Below are positions 53,092-63,253 of a stretch of DNA of 64,000 nt, piece by piece. The stretch comes from an uncultured delta proteobacterium. Its GTDB lineage: Bacteria > Myxococcota_A > Polyangia > Fen-1088. The DNA lies in contig CAVYGB010000002.1 in NCBI GenBank assembly GCA_963767925.1, positions 1,344,001 to 1,408,000 on the forward strand. The letters run 5' to 3'. The notes beneath the pieces are model-generated. The model was not told where the DNA came from and ran no database searches. It saw only the letters and a list, made by a program, of their open reading frames with translations. Each line of letters opens with the position of its first letter. Position 1 is the first letter of the stretch. Position numbers and translations under genes: made by a program.

Positions 53092-54796
53092 TCAGGCCCG
53101 GCGACTCCACGCGGCGAGGGCGGCGAGCCGCTCGCGCAACGGGGCGTCGGAGGTGAGGGTGGCCAGGTCCATCGGCATCCGGTAGCTCCAGTTGCTGGCC
53201 GCGACCGTGCCCGGCACGTTGATCCGCTCGGCCGCCCCGAGGAGATCCTGGAAGGGGTTGATCGACAGGGCCGAGGCCGCGCCGTAGACCGCGCGCAGGA
53301 GGGCGTCGCGGACCTCGTCGCTCCAGGGCCTGGTCGGGTCGAGGTGGCGCAGCTCGGCCAGCTCGACGAGGTGGCGGCGATCGCGCAGGGGCAGGGCCTC
53401 GTACCAGGCGGCGTTGGGCTCGATGTCGTGCGTGCCGTTGGTGGCGACCGACAGCTCGGGCCAGCGCGCGGGGTCGCGGAAGCTGCCGTCTTTGCGGGTC
53501 TCCCAGCGCAGCACCCGGTAGCCGGGCACGGCCAGCCGGGCCAGCGAGGGGGGCAAGAATTCGGGCACCATGCCCAGGTCCTCGGCGATCACCTCCCCGT
53601 TGCTCTTGAACAGGGTGAGCACCTGCTCGCCGAGCGCGACCTGCTCGGCCTCGACCGCGGGGGAGAAGCGGCCCGTGTCGGGCTCGGGGGCGGGGTGGGC
53701 CTGGGGCCCGGGGGCTGACACCCCGGCGATCGGCCGCACCGGTCGGGTCCAGGTGCGATAAAACCCGATCACGTGGTCGACCCGGAACAGGTCGTACAGG
53801 GCCCCCGCGCGCGCGGCCCGGCTCTGCAGCCAGGAGAATCCCCCCGCCCGCATGCGGTCCCAGTCGTAGGCGGGCAGCCCCCAGTCCTGGCCGACCGGTG
53901 AAAACGCGTCGGGCGGGGTGCCCACGCTGCGGTCGAGCCGGAAGTCGACCGGCCGACTCCAGATGTCGGCCGAGTCGGCCGCCACCATGAAGGGCAGGTC
54001 GCCCTTGAGCGCCACCCCCACCTGCCGGGCCTCGGCGCGCGCGTTTTGCCACTGCAGATCGAGCTGCCACTGCAGCCAGCAGCAGCGCAGCAGCGCCGGG
54101 CCCTGCTCCTCGCGGAGCTGGGCCAGGGCCTCGGGCTGGCGCGTGCGCAGCCCCGGCGACCACTGCCACCAGGCCCGCTGATCCAGGTCGTGGGCCACCC
54201 GCCACAAGCTGTAGTCGTCCAGCCAGTCGCGGTGCTCCTCGATGTAGCGCTCGAGCTGCTGCCGGCGGGCCCCGCCGCCGCGCCACTCGTTGTCGCGAAA
54301 GTGATCGAAGGCGCGGGCGATGGCGGCGCCCTTCAGGGCCCGGATCGCCCCCCAGGCCACGACGCGGCTGCTGGCCAGCCCGTCGAGGCGGGCGCGCTCG
54401 GCGTCGGCGAGCGAGGCGCGGCCGCCCACCGCCTGGAAGTCCTCCAGCTCGTCGAGGGCGAGGTAGACCGGGTCGAGGGCGAAGGCAGTGGCGGCCGAGT
54501 AGGGGCTTTCCTCACCACCGCTGACCTCGTTGACCGGCAGGAGCTGCAGCACCGACATGCCCGCCCCGTGCGCCCAGCGGGCGAAGGTCGGGAGGTCGGG
54601 GATCTCGCCCAGCCCCCAGCCCCGCTGGGTCCGCATCGAGAACAGGGGGAGCAGCACCCCCGCCCGGCGCGAACTCCCTTTGCTGCCAGAGCTACCAGCA
54701 GAAGAAGAAGGCGAAGAAGAAGAAGACGACGAACGAAGACGAAGAAGAAGACGACGAAGCTGCGGATGCGGGGTTCACCGATGGCACGCCTTTCAT
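53092..54796 (-). CDS. malQ: 4-alpha-glucanotransferase (GH77); likely start 54796 with a 1-nt insertion in a poly-Ser tract
   Basis: RRAGVLLPLFS, QLLPVN, SPYS, GDLPF, PPDAFSPVGQDWGLP, RVDHVIG, IAEDLG, THD, RINVPGT. Confidence 0.92.
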
Positions 54797-54815
54797 ATAA
54801 GATATCGAAGGCTCG

Positions 54816-55784
54816 ATGTCCGATGTCGTCGTGCGTGCCGATCGCCTGAGCAAGACTTTTCGCCTGGGGTTCGTGCACAAGAAGGTGCAAGCGGTGCGGG
54901 AGGTCTCCTTCGACGTGCGCCGGGGGGAGGTCTTCGGCTTCCTCGGCCCCAACGGCGCCGGCAAGACGACCACCCTGAAGATGTTGATGGGCCTCATCTT
55001 TCCCAGCAGCGGCCAGGCGGAGGTGCTGGGCCTGCCGGTGCCCTCGCTGGCTGCCAAGCGCCGCCTTGGTTACCTCCCGGAAACTCCGTACTTCTACGAC
55101 TATCTGACGCCCGAGGAGTTCCTCGACCTGGTGGGCGCGCTGTCCGACGTGGCCCGGGCCGAGCGGCGGGCCCGCGCCGCCCGTTTGCTCGAGCGGGTGG
55201 GGCTGGCGCACGCCCGCGGGCGGCCGCTGCGCAAGTTCTCCAAGGGGATGTTGCAGCGGGTGGGCATCGCCCAGGCGCTGATGGGCGATCCGGAGCTGGT
55301 GGTGCTCGACGAGCCGATGACCGGCCTCGATCCCCTCGGGCGCAAGGAGATCCGGGACCTCATCCTCGAGCTCAAGCAGGAGGGGCGCACGGTGTTCTAT
55401 TCGACCCACATCTTGCCCGACGTGGAGATGACCTGCGATCGGGTGGCGATGGTGTTCGGCGGCCGCACCAGCAGCGTGGGACCGCTGGGCGAGCTGCTGT
55501 CGGCGCGCGTGCTGTCGACCGAGGTGGTGCTGCGCCCGGGCGCCGCCGGCTTGCCGGCGCTGCCCGAGGGGGCCAGCGCCCGCCAGACCCCCGAGGGGGC
55601 CGCGGCGATCGAGCTGGCCGGCGAGGAGCACATCGGGTCGTTCCTGAAGGCCGCCCTCGATCGCGGCGCCCAGGTTGTGTCGGTGTCGCCCCGGCGCGAA
55701 TCGCTGGAGGACTACTTCATCCGGCAAGCCCAGGCGGGCAAGGCAGCGGGGGCGCCGCGGGAAGAGGGGAGGCCCTCGTCGTGA
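54816..55784 (-). other. Antisense shadow ORFs over the ABC ATPase (not genes)
   Basis: Minus-strand ORFs here are high-GC shadows of the plus-strand ABC ATPase. Confidence 0.3.
54816..55784 (+). CDS. ABC transporter ATP-binding protein (ABC-2, PilH-like)
   Basis: GPNGAGKTT, FSKGMLQR, LDEP, STH. Confidence 0.93.
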   Translation: MSDVVVRADRLSKTFRLGFVHKKVQAVREVSFDVRRGEVFGFLGPNGAGKTTTLKMLMGLIFPSSGQAEVLGLPVPSLAAKRRLGYLPETPYFYDYLTPEEFLDLVGALSDVARAERRARAARLLERVGLAHARGRPLRKFSKGMLQRVGIAQALMGDPELVVLDEPMTGLDPLGRKEIRDLILELKQEGRTVFYSTHILPDVEMTCDRVAMVFGGRTSSVGPLGELLSARVLSTEVVLRPGAAGLPALPEGASARQTPEGAAAIELAGEEHIGSFLKAALDRGAQVVSVSPRRESLEDYFIRQAQAGKAAGAPREEGRPSS

Positions 55785-56566
55785 GGCGCATCTGGGCCAT
55801 CGCCCGCAACACCTTCCGCGAGGCGGTGCGGAACAAGATCCTCTACAGCCTGCTGTTCTTCGCGGTGCTGATCATCCTCTCGGCGCTGGCGGTGGGCCAG
55901 ATGTCGCTGCACGAGGAGATCCGGATGACCCGCGACGTGGGGCTCTACGGGATCGACATCTTCGGCGTCATCATCGCCATCTTCGTGGGGGTCAACCTCC
56001 TCTACAAGGAGCTCGACCTCAAGACGGTCTACACGATCTTGCCGAAGCCCATCTACCGCTGGGAGTTCGTGCTCGGCAAGTGGCTGGGCATGTTGCTCAC
56101 GCTGGCGGTGCAGGTCGGCGTGATGGCCCTGGTGCTGGCGGTGACCCTGGCCGCGCAGGAGGCTCGCTTCGACGTCCCGATGTGGAAGGCGGTCTGGCTG
56201 CTGTACGTGAACGTCATGGTGGTGACGTCGGTGGCGGTCCTGTTCTCTTCCTTCTCGAGCCCCTTCCTGTCCGGGTTCTTCGCCCTCGGCGTGTTCGTGG
56301 TGGGGCGCTCGGTGCCGGAGATCCAGGTCATCGCTGGCAAGATGGGGGGCGCGGCGGCCGCGGTGCTCAACGCCGCGGTGGTGGTGCTGCCGAACCTGCA
56401 CCTGTTTTACCCCTCGGGCAGCATCATCGGCGCCGAGAAGGTCTCGATCCACGACACCTTCGTCACCGGTCGATATCTTGGCTGGACCACCGCCTACGGC
56501 GTAGGGTACTCCCTGGCGGTCTTGCTCCTGGCCATGTTGATCTTCCGGAAGCGCGACTTTGTCTGA
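55781..56566 (+). CDS. ABC-2 transporter permease (PilI-like)
   Basis: IARNTFREAVR, YTILPKPI..EFVLGK, ~6 TM, FRKRDF end; GTGA overlap with the ATPase stop. Confidence 0.88.
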   Translation: MRRIWAIARNTFREAVRNKILYSLLFFAVLIILSALAVGQMSLHEEIRMTRDVGLYGIDIFGVIIAIFVGVNLLYKELDLKTVYTILPKPIYRWEFVLGKWLGMLLTLAVQVGVMALVLAVTLAAQEARFDVPMWKAVWLLYVNVMVVTSVAVLFSSFSSPFLSGFFALGVFVVGRSVPEIQVIAGKMGGAAAAVLNAAVVVLPNLHLFYPSGSIIGAEKVSIHDTFVTGRYLGWTTAYGVGYSLAVLLLAMLIFRKRDFV

Positions 56567-57332
56567 GGCGCCCCTGTCCGGGCCGTCTCCGTCCAGCGCT
56601 CCGGCTCCGGCGTCCCGGGCGACTGCCCCCGAGGGGCTGGCGTCGCAGGTGACGTCATCCCGGGCCGGGCGGGGACAGCCCAACCGGCGCATGTTGCGGC
56701 GGTCGCTGTATGGCGCCGCCCTGGTCGGCGTCGCGCTCGCGCTGCTGGTGGGGCGGGTGCGCTCCGATTCGCGGGCGGCCCTGGGCCAGGGGGCGGTGGC
56801 CGAGCAGGCGGGTGACCGGTCGCAGGCGGTGCGCCACTACCTGCACGCGGCCCGGATGTACGTGCCGGGGAGCGCCTCGGTGAGACAGGCCCTCGACCGG
56901 CTGGAGGCGATCGCGGGGGCGGCGGCGCAGGTGGGCGATGCGGCGACCGAGCGGGCGGCGCTGGAGGCGGTTCGTGCCGCACTGCTGGGCGCCCGCTCCT
57001 TCTACACGCCCTCCCCCGACCGCCTGGCGGCCTCCGATCGCCGGCTGGCCCGCCTGTACGCGGCCATCGAGGATCCGGCGGTGGCGCCCGGAGCGTCGGC
57101 GGCGGCGCGGGAGGCCTGGCACCTGCAGCGGCTGGCGGCGCGGCCGGGGCCCTCGACGGGGGCCACGCTGGCGGCGCTCGGCGGGCTGGCGCTGTGGCTG
57201 GGCGCGGCGGTGGTCTTCATCCGCCGGGGGCTGGACCGGGCGCTGGGGCTGCAGCGGCCCTGGGCGCTGGCCTCCGGAATCGGTTTCTTCGTGGGCTTCG
57301 CCCTGTTCCTGCTGGGGCTCCGTTTTGCCTGA
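56559..57332 (+). CDS. Hypothetical membrane protein
   Basis: N-terminal TM, helical middle, two C-terminal TMs; overlaps the permease stop. Confidence 0.7.
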   Translation: MSEAPLSGPSPSSAPAPASRATAPEGLASQVTSSRAGRGQPNRRMLRRSLYGAALVGVALALLVGRVRSDSRAALGQGAVAEQAGDRSQAVRHYLHAARMYVPGSASVRQALDRLEAIAGAAAQVGDAATERAALEAVRAALLGARSFYTPSPDRLAASDRRLARLYAAIEDPAVAPGASAAAREAWHLQRLAARPGPSTGATLAALGGLALWLGAAVVFIRRGLDRALGLQRPWALASGIGFFVGFALFLLGLRFA

Positions 57333-57378
57333 GCCGCGAGCGTGGTAAAACGGAGTGCTCTCTGCCCGTGCAAGTGCC

Positions 57379-58686
57379 ATGGACATTCGCTGCGAGCGTT
57401 GCCTCACGGAGTACGAGCTCGCCGACGACAGCGTCAGCGAGGTAGGAACGAACGTACAATGTACGAAGTGCGGGCACACGTTCCTGGCCCGCCGCCCCCC
57501 GCGTGAGTGGGTGCTCGAGACGGCCAGGGGTGAGATCCACCGCTTCGCCGGGCTCGCGCCGGTGCAGCGCTGGATCGTCGAGCGCAAGGCCACCCGCAGC
57601 GATCGCATCTCGCGCGGCGGCCGCCCCTTCCTGCGGCTCGAGCAGGTCGAGGAGCTGATCCCCTTCCTCGACGTCGTCGACCAGGCCGACCGGGCCCGCC
57701 CGCCGGCGGTGGCGGCGCCGTCCGCCCCGCTCGGGACGCAGACCCGAGGGCCGCGGACGCCCATCGCCCGGCCGGCGCCGATCCGCGGCACCGGCGCCCT
57801 GCCCGAGCCGCTGCCCGAGCTCGGCCCCGAGATCGAGACCGCGCTGGTGCGGCCGCGCTCTCGCGTCGGGCGCTTCCTGGTGACGGTCAGCGTGGCCGGC
57901 GGCGTGGCCTACTTCGGGATCACCAACTTGTCGCTCATCGAGCGCCAGCTCATCCCGCCGCTGGCCCTGCCCGGGACCGGCGGTGGGCCGAGCTCGCTGC
58001 CGGCGGCGGCGCCGACCGCGGGTGAGTCCGCCGTCGAGGCGGGACCGGGTGGCGGCGAGGCGCTCGAGGAGGACCCCGGCGCGACGCTCCCGGCGAACGC
58101 CTTGCCCTCGTCGGCGCCGCCGGGCTCCGGGCGGGCGCCGGCGCCCAGCGCCCCCGTCTCGCCGCCGGCCCCACCCCCGGCCCCCGCGGCGCCATCGACG
58201 CCGCCCCCGCCGGCCGCCACCTCGCCCCCCTCGACCGCCGAGGCGCCACACGCGCCGCCCGGCGAGTCGACCTACGCCCAGCTCGTGGCCGAGGGGCTGC
58301 GCCAGCAGCAGGACGGGTCGCACAGCCGGGCCCGCAAGCTGCTCGAGACCGCGCTGGCGCGGCGGCCCGACGGGATCGAGGCGCTGACCGCGCTCGGGTA
58401 CGTGCACATCGACCGCGACCGGTTCGACGCCGCGGTCGGCTACTTCCGGCGCGCGCTCGCCATCCGGCCCCACCCGCCGGCCCTGTTCGGCCTGGGCGAG
58501 GCCTACCGCCACGCCGGCGAGGAGGCGCGGGCGCTCGACGCCTACCGCCGCTTCCTGGCCCAGGCGCCCAATGACCGCGACGCCCCGGTGGCCCGCCGCC
58601 AGATCCGCGCCCTCGGCCTGCCCGCCCGGGCCGAGGTGGAGAGCGTCCCCTCCACCTCGTCGATCCTGCAAGAGAGCGCGCGCTAG
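57379..58686 (+). CDS. Zinc-ribbon (MJ0042-like) + TM + TPR protein
   Basis: CERC-x19-CTKC, TM, Pro-rich linker, C-terminal TPRs. Confidence 0.85.
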   Translation: MDIRCERCLTEYELADDSVSEVGTNVQCTKCGHTFLARRPPREWVLETARGEIHRFAGLAPVQRWIVERKATRSDRISRGGRPFLRLEQVEELIPFLDVVDQADRARPPAVAAPSAPLGTQTRGPRTPIARPAPIRGTGALPEPLPELGPEIETALVRPRSRVGRFLVTVSVAGGVAYFGITNLSLIERQLIPPLALPGTGGGPSSLPAAAPTAGESAVEAGPGGGEALEEDPGATLPANALPSSAPPGSGRAPAPSAPVSPPAPPPAPAAPSTPPPPAATSPPSTAEAPHAPPGESTYAQLVAEGLRQQQDGSHSRARKLLETALARRPDGIEALTALGYVHIDRDRFDAAVGYFRRALAIRPHPPALFGLGEAYRHAGEEARALDAYRRFLAQAPNDRDAPVARRQIRALGLPARAEVESVPSTSSILQESAR

Positions 58687-58703
58687 CGCGGGCGGGCCCC
58701 AGA

Positions 58704-59250
58704 CCCCTCACCCCACCCTCTCCCCGCTGCCGCGGGGCGAGGGCGAACACTTGCGAGGCTGCGTCGCTCAACTCGCGAACCCCACCCTCTCGCCGCTGGC
58801 GCGGGGCGAGGGCGAACACTTGCGAGGCTGCGTCGCTCAACTCGCGAACCCCACCCTCTCGCCGCTGGCGCGGGGCGAACACTTGCGAGGCTGCGTCGCT
58901 CAACTCGCGAACCCCACCTTCTCCCCGCTGGCGCGGGGCGAACACTTGCGAGGCTGCGTCGCTCAACTCGCGAACCCCACCCTCTCGCCGCTGGCGCGGG
59001 GCGAACACTGCGAGGCCGCGTCGCTCAACTCCCGAACCCCACCCTCTCGCCGCTGGCGCGGGGCGAACACTTGCGAGGCCGCGTCGCTCAACTCCCGAAC
59101 CCCACCCTCTCGCCGCTGGCGCGGGGCGAACACTTGCGAGGCCGCGTCGCTCAACTCCCGAACCCCACCCTCTCGCCGCTGGCGCGGGGCGAACACTTGC
59201 GAGGCTGCGTCGCTCAACTCCCCACCAGCACTTGAAAGCTGGGGAGAGGG
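58704..59250 (+). repeat. REP-derived direct tandem array, 8 units of 62-69 bp (locus 5)
   Basis: GAACACT marker at 58745, 58814, 58877, 58940, 59003, 59065, 59128, 59191. Confidence 0.93.
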
Positions 59251-59276
59251 GTCTCCGGGGGAACCGTTCGGTGTTT

Positions 59277-60347
59277 TTAGAAAGAGCCGTGCAGGTTCAG
59301 GCCGAGGTCGTCGCCGGCGCGGAGGGTGGCGGCGAGGGTGGCGCGGGCGGCGCCGTTGCCGGACCAGAGCAGCCAGCCGCCGGTCAGCAGGGCGCCGCCG
59401 CCGCCGGCGAAGAGGACTCGGCTGAGCAGCTTGTAGGTGCCGTAGTTGCCGTTGGCCTCGTTGTAGGGCCGCTCGGCACCGGCGTCCTCCTCGATCCCGG
59501 CCACCTTGCTGCTGGCGATCAGCATCGACACGATGCCGCCGATGACCGCGACCGAGCCGCCCGAGACGAGGGCCAGGCCGCCGGCCCGGCGCCCGCTGCC
59601 GGGCTGGCCGGAGAGGGCGCCCTCGGGCGGGGGACTGCCGGCCCAGGGGGGGACCGGCGTGGGGGCCCCGGGGTCGGGGCGGACCTCGGGCGCCGATCCG
59701 CTCGCGCTGGCGGGGACGGGGACGGCCCGGTCGCTGCGGCTGGTGGCGTCGAGCCGGAGGGTCACCCGTTCCGTCGTGCCGGCCAGCACGGTGGCGGTGG
59801 CCGAGCCCCGGGCGAACCCGCCCGCGCTCGCCTCGATCAGGTTGGCGCCCGGCTTGACGTACACGCCCTGCGCCTCGGTGGCGTTCGGTACCTGGACGCC
59901 GTTGATCGACACCGTGGCGCCGGCGGGCGTTGTCTCGATGATCACCCGGCCCAGGCCGGCCCGGATCTCCGACAGCGCGGTCAAGATGGCGGTCTTGTTC
60001 CGGCGCACCCAGACGTCGCTCTCGTCGGCCAGCGCGGCGGCGACGTGTTTCTCCGCCTCGAGCGACAGGCCCACCGACTGCTCGACGAACCCGAGCTGGG
60101 CGGCGGCGCGGCCGGTGGGGAAGATGCGGTAGCTGCGCTGGAAATACTCCAGGGCCTGCAGGTTCTGCCCCTGGCGCCGCAGCTCGATGCCGCCGCGGAT
60201 CAGGCGCTCGGCCTCGTCCTGCTGGGCCCGGGCGGGCGCGGCGCCGGCGGCCAGGGCGGCGGAGACGGCCAGGACGGTCACGACCGTCAGCCCGGCGAGC
60301 CGGGCGCGGGTGACACGGGCGAGGGGGCGGCGGTGGTGGCTGGACAT
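59277..60347 (-). CDS. TPR + PEGA-domain exported protein
   Basis: Signal peptide, TPR-like helices, TTPAGATVSING PEGA motif, C-terminal hydrophobic hairpin. Confidence 0.82.
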   Translation of the reverse strand: MSSHHRRPLARVTRARLAGLTVVTVLAVSAALAAGAAPARAQQDEAERLIRGGIELRRQGQNLQALEYFQRSYRIFPTGRAAAQLGFVEQSVGLSLEAEKHVAAALADESDVWVRRNKTAILTALSEIRAGLGRVIIETTPAGATVSINGVQVPNATEAQGVYVKPGANLIEASAGGFARGSATATVLAGTTERVTLRLDATSRSDRAVPVPASASGSAPEVRPDPGAPTPVPPWAGSPPPEGALSGQPGSGRRAGGLALVSGGSVAVIGGIVSMLIASSKVAGIEEDAGAERPYNEANGNYGTYKLLSRVLFAGGGGALLTGGWLLWSGNGAARATLAATLRAGDDLGLNLHGSF

Positions 60348-60475
60348 GCGGCGGCTGCTTTCGCGGAAGGAGTCGCTGGGGGCGCGCGTCGTCGAAGGTC
60401 GGCGCGGGCGCCAGTATAGTGCGGCCGGCCGCGGCCGGAGCGTCCCGGAATCACCCACCTCGACACGGGACGCCT

Positions 60476-61486
60476 TCAGGAGGCGGCGGGGGCGGAGGCC
60501 ACCGGCAGGGCGGCGGGCGGCGGCGCCTCGGCGGGGGGCGGGTGGGCGTGGCGGGTCACCCCGACCGCGAGGGCGAGCAGGCCGCAGACGGCGACCCCGA
60601 GATCCGAGGGGGAGGCGATCTGGTACCCGGAGGTGACGAGCATGATCACGCCGTAGGCCACCAGCCGCTCACTCGGGCCGGCGCCGAGGCCGGGCAGGAC
60701 CACGAGGAAGGTGCCGAGCAGCGCCAGGCCGAGCAGCAGCACGTAGGCCCAGGCGCCCTGCGAGGCGAGCGGCGGCAGGTCGAGCCGCAGCCCGTACAGG
60801 GCGAGGACCTGGACCAGGTCGAACTTGACGAGGGTGCCCGCCACCAGCACCGAGATGGCGACGATGCCGAGCAGCCAGGCCACCGGGGCGTAACGGGCGC
60901 CGCGCAGCGAGGGGGGCAACAGCAGGGGGGCCGCGCCGGCGGCGAGGAAGGCGGTCAGCTCGCCGATGCGGGCCAGGGTGGCGGCGGTGCTGGCGGCCTG
61001 CGCGCGCCCGAGCTCGTTCACGAACAGGGCGGTCGTGTGCAGGACGGCGGGCAGCGCGAACAGGGTGACGCCGAGGCGCGCCCGGAAGCTGATGGGGGCG
61101 CGCCAGACCGCGAGGGCGATCAGCCAGGACAGGAAGGCCTGGCTGGTCTTGAGCTGCACGAACAGGCGGCCCGAGACCACGAAACGCGACACGCACAGGG
61201 TCAGCAGGGCGACGCAGAACAGGGCCAGCACGCTGACCAGGAAACGCATCGAGGGCGGGAACAGCTCGCGGCGGCGCACCAGCCCCACGAAGCCGGAAGC
61301 GAACACGAGCAGGGCGAGGGCGCCGGCCAGGTAGGAGACGAACAGGGCGCTGCCCGAGAGCACCTGCCCCCAGCCGGCCGCGCCGGTCGGCGTCGGGAGA
61401 AACAGGCGGACCAGGAGGCGATCCAGGACCAGGTCGATGACCGCGAGCGCCGCGAGGACGGCGGTGAGATTGAGCCGGGAGGTCAC
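60476..61486 (-). CDS. Hypothetical polytopic membrane protein (start GTG 61486 or ATG 61552)
   Basis: About 10 hydrophobic segments. Confidence 0.75.
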   Translation of the reverse strand: MTSRLNLTAVLAALAVIDLVLDRLLVRLFLPTPTGAAGWGQVLSGSALFVSYLAGALALLVFASGFVGLVRRRELFPPSMRFLVSVLALFCVALLTLCVSRFVVSGRLFVQLKTSQAFLSWLIALAVWRAPISFRARLGVTLFALPAVLHTTALFVNELGRAQAASTAATLARIGELTAFLAAGAAPLLLPPSLRGARYAPVAWLLGIVAISVLVAGTLVKFDLVQVLALYGLRLDLPPLASQGAWAYVLLLGLALLGTFLVVLPGLGAGPSERLVAYGVIMLVTSGYQIASPSDLGVAVCGLLALAVGVTRHAHPPPAEAPPPAALPVASAPAAS

Positions 61487-61600
61487 GGGAGCCCGCAAGG
61501 CCCAGTATATGCCCCTCCGCCACGGGGAACGCCAGCCGAAGCTGACCCACATGTGCGGTCGGCGGGACCAGCGGATGAGGCTGCTATCATCGAGATCGTC

Positions 61601-62353
61601 ATGGTGGGGGGGGTGCTGGTGCTGGTGCTGGCGGCGGTCGAGCCGGTGTACACGGTGGCCATCGATCCCGGTCACGGAGGCAGCAACAAGGGAGCGGCCT
61701 CGGCCAGCGGGGTCCACGAGAAGCACCTCGTCCTCGACATCGCCCGCCGCATCGAGCGGCGGCTGCGCGCGGGGGGCAAGGTCAACCCGGTGCTGTGCCG
61801 GAGCGGCGACGTGCTGGTGCCGGTGCGGGCGCGCGTCCGCTGCGCCAACCAGGCGGGCGCGCGGCTGTTCCTCAGCTTGCACGCCAACGCCTCGCCCGAG
61901 GGGAAAGTCCGCGGCAGCCAGCGCGGGTTCGAGCTGTACGTGCCGCCGGTCAGCGACGTCGACGCCGACGCGCGGGTGGCGGCGGTGCTGGCGCCCGGCC
62001 CGGCCGAGGCGGCCTGGGCGGCCAGCCGGGTGCGCGCGGCGGCGGCCGAGGGGCTGGCGGCGGCGCAGCGGATCGCCTGGCGGCTGGGCGATGCGCTCGG
62101 CCTCGATCGGGACCGGGGCATCAAGCAGACAGGGGCCCTGCTCGACGTGTTGCAGGGGCTGACCATGCCCGGCGTGCTGGTGGAGATCGGGTTCATCGAT
62201 CACCCCGAGGAGGGCCCCTTCCTGCTGTCGGAGGACGGCCGCGAGACCATCGCCACCGCGCTGGCCCGGGCGGTCGAGGACCTGCGCGCCCGCGAGCTGC
62301 GCGGCCGCCGCGACCCCGCCATCACCAGCCGCCGCACCCCCGCCCCGCCCTGA
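61601..62353 (+). CDS. N-acetylmuramoyl-L-alanine amidase (Amidase_3)
   Basis: IDPGHGG, EK, SLHAN, VLVEIGFI. Confidence 0.9.
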   Translation: MVGGVLVLVLAAVEPVYTVAIDPGHGGSNKGAASASGVHEKHLVLDIARRIERRLRAGGKVNPVLCRSGDVLVPVRARVRCANQAGARLFLSLHANASPEGKVRGSQRGFELYVPPVSDVDADARVAAVLAPGPAEAAWAASRVRAAAAEGLAAAQRIAWRLGDALGLDRDRGIKQTGALLDVLQGLTMPGVLVEIGFIDHPEEGPFLLSEDGRETIATALARAVEDLRARELRGRRDPAITSRRTPAPP

Positions 62354-62387
62354 GCACCGAACGGTTCGAACCGCGGAGGCCGGAGGA

Positions 62388-62432
62388 CCCCTCACCCCGC
62401 TCTCGCCCCGCGGCCGCGGGGCGAGGGCGAAC
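62388..62432 (+). repeat. REP-like element, single copy (locus 6)
   Basis: CCCCTCACCCCGCTCTCGCCCCGCGGCCGCGGGGCGAGGGCGAAC between convergent genes. Confidence 0.85.
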
Positions 62433-62471
62433 GATCAGGCAGGTGCCTCGATCATCTCCCGAGCATTGCGG

Positions 62472-63248
62472 CTAGCGGAAGAGCTGGCCGGCGGCGGCGG
62501 CGATGCCGATGACGACGACAAGGGTCTCGGCGGCGCGGGCGGGCAGGCGGCGGCCGAAGGTGCCGCCCAGGTAGCCGCCGGTGACCGCGCCGGCGGCCAG
62601 GATGCCGGCGTCGCGCCAGTCGACCGCCCCGCCGGCGATGAAGATGATGCCGGCCACGGCGTTGATGAGGGTGGAGGCCACGTTCTTGAGGCCGTTGCGC
62701 TGGTGGATGTCGTCCATCCCGAACAGGCCGAAGGTGGCGAGCATCATGATCCCCATGGCCGCCCCGAAGTAGCCGCCATAGATCGATACCGCGAGCTGGG
62801 CGGCGGCGAGGGCCAGGAAGCCGTTGCGGGCGGGCGTCGGGCCGGCGCCGGGTGGGGGCGGGGGCGGCTGCTTGCGCAGGGCCAGCAGCGGACGCTTGAG
62901 GGCGATGAGCAGGGTGGCGCCCAGGATCAGGAAGGGGACCAGCGTGGTGAACAGGCGGGTCGGGGTGGCGAGCAGCAGCCAGCCGCCGAAGGCGGCGCCC
63001 ACCGCCGAGGGGGGGAGCAGCCAGCGCAGCAGGCGGGGAGCGGCGGCCAGCTCGCGCCGGAAGGCGAAGGCGGAGGCGAGCGAGCCGGGCCACAGCGCGA
63101 TGGCGTTGCTGGCGTTGGCCACGATGGGGTCGCGCCCCAGCCAGAGCAACACCGGGAACGACAGCAGGGTGCCGCCGCCGGCCACGGCGTTGACCGCGCC
63201 GGCGCCCGTGCCGGCCAGGAAGATGAGGAGGGCGTCGCGCAGGGACAT
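62472..63248 (-). CDS. TauE/SafE sulfite exporter family protein
   Basis: NAVAGGGTLLSFP, ANASN, YGGYFGAAMG, NGLKN. Confidence 0.9.
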   Translation of the reverse strand: MSLRDALLIFLAGTGAGAVNAVAGGGTLLSFPVLLWLGRDPIVANASNAIALWPGSLASAFAFRRELAAAPRLLRWLLPPSAVGAAFGGWLLLATPTRLFTTLVPFLILGATLLIALKRPLLALRKQPPPPPPGAGPTPARNGFLALAAAQLAVSIYGGYFGAAMGIMMLATFGLFGMDDIHQRNGLKNVASTLINAVAGIIFIAGGAVDWRDAGILAAGAVTGGYLGGTFGRRLPARAAETLVVVIGIAAAAGQLFR

Positions 63249-63253
63249 GGCGA

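Noticed and set aside
57370..57383. GCAAGTGCCATGGA shared by the starts of dnaN and the zinc-ribbon gene
   Set aside because: Only two instances, partly constrained by the ATG; cannot be distinguished from chance.
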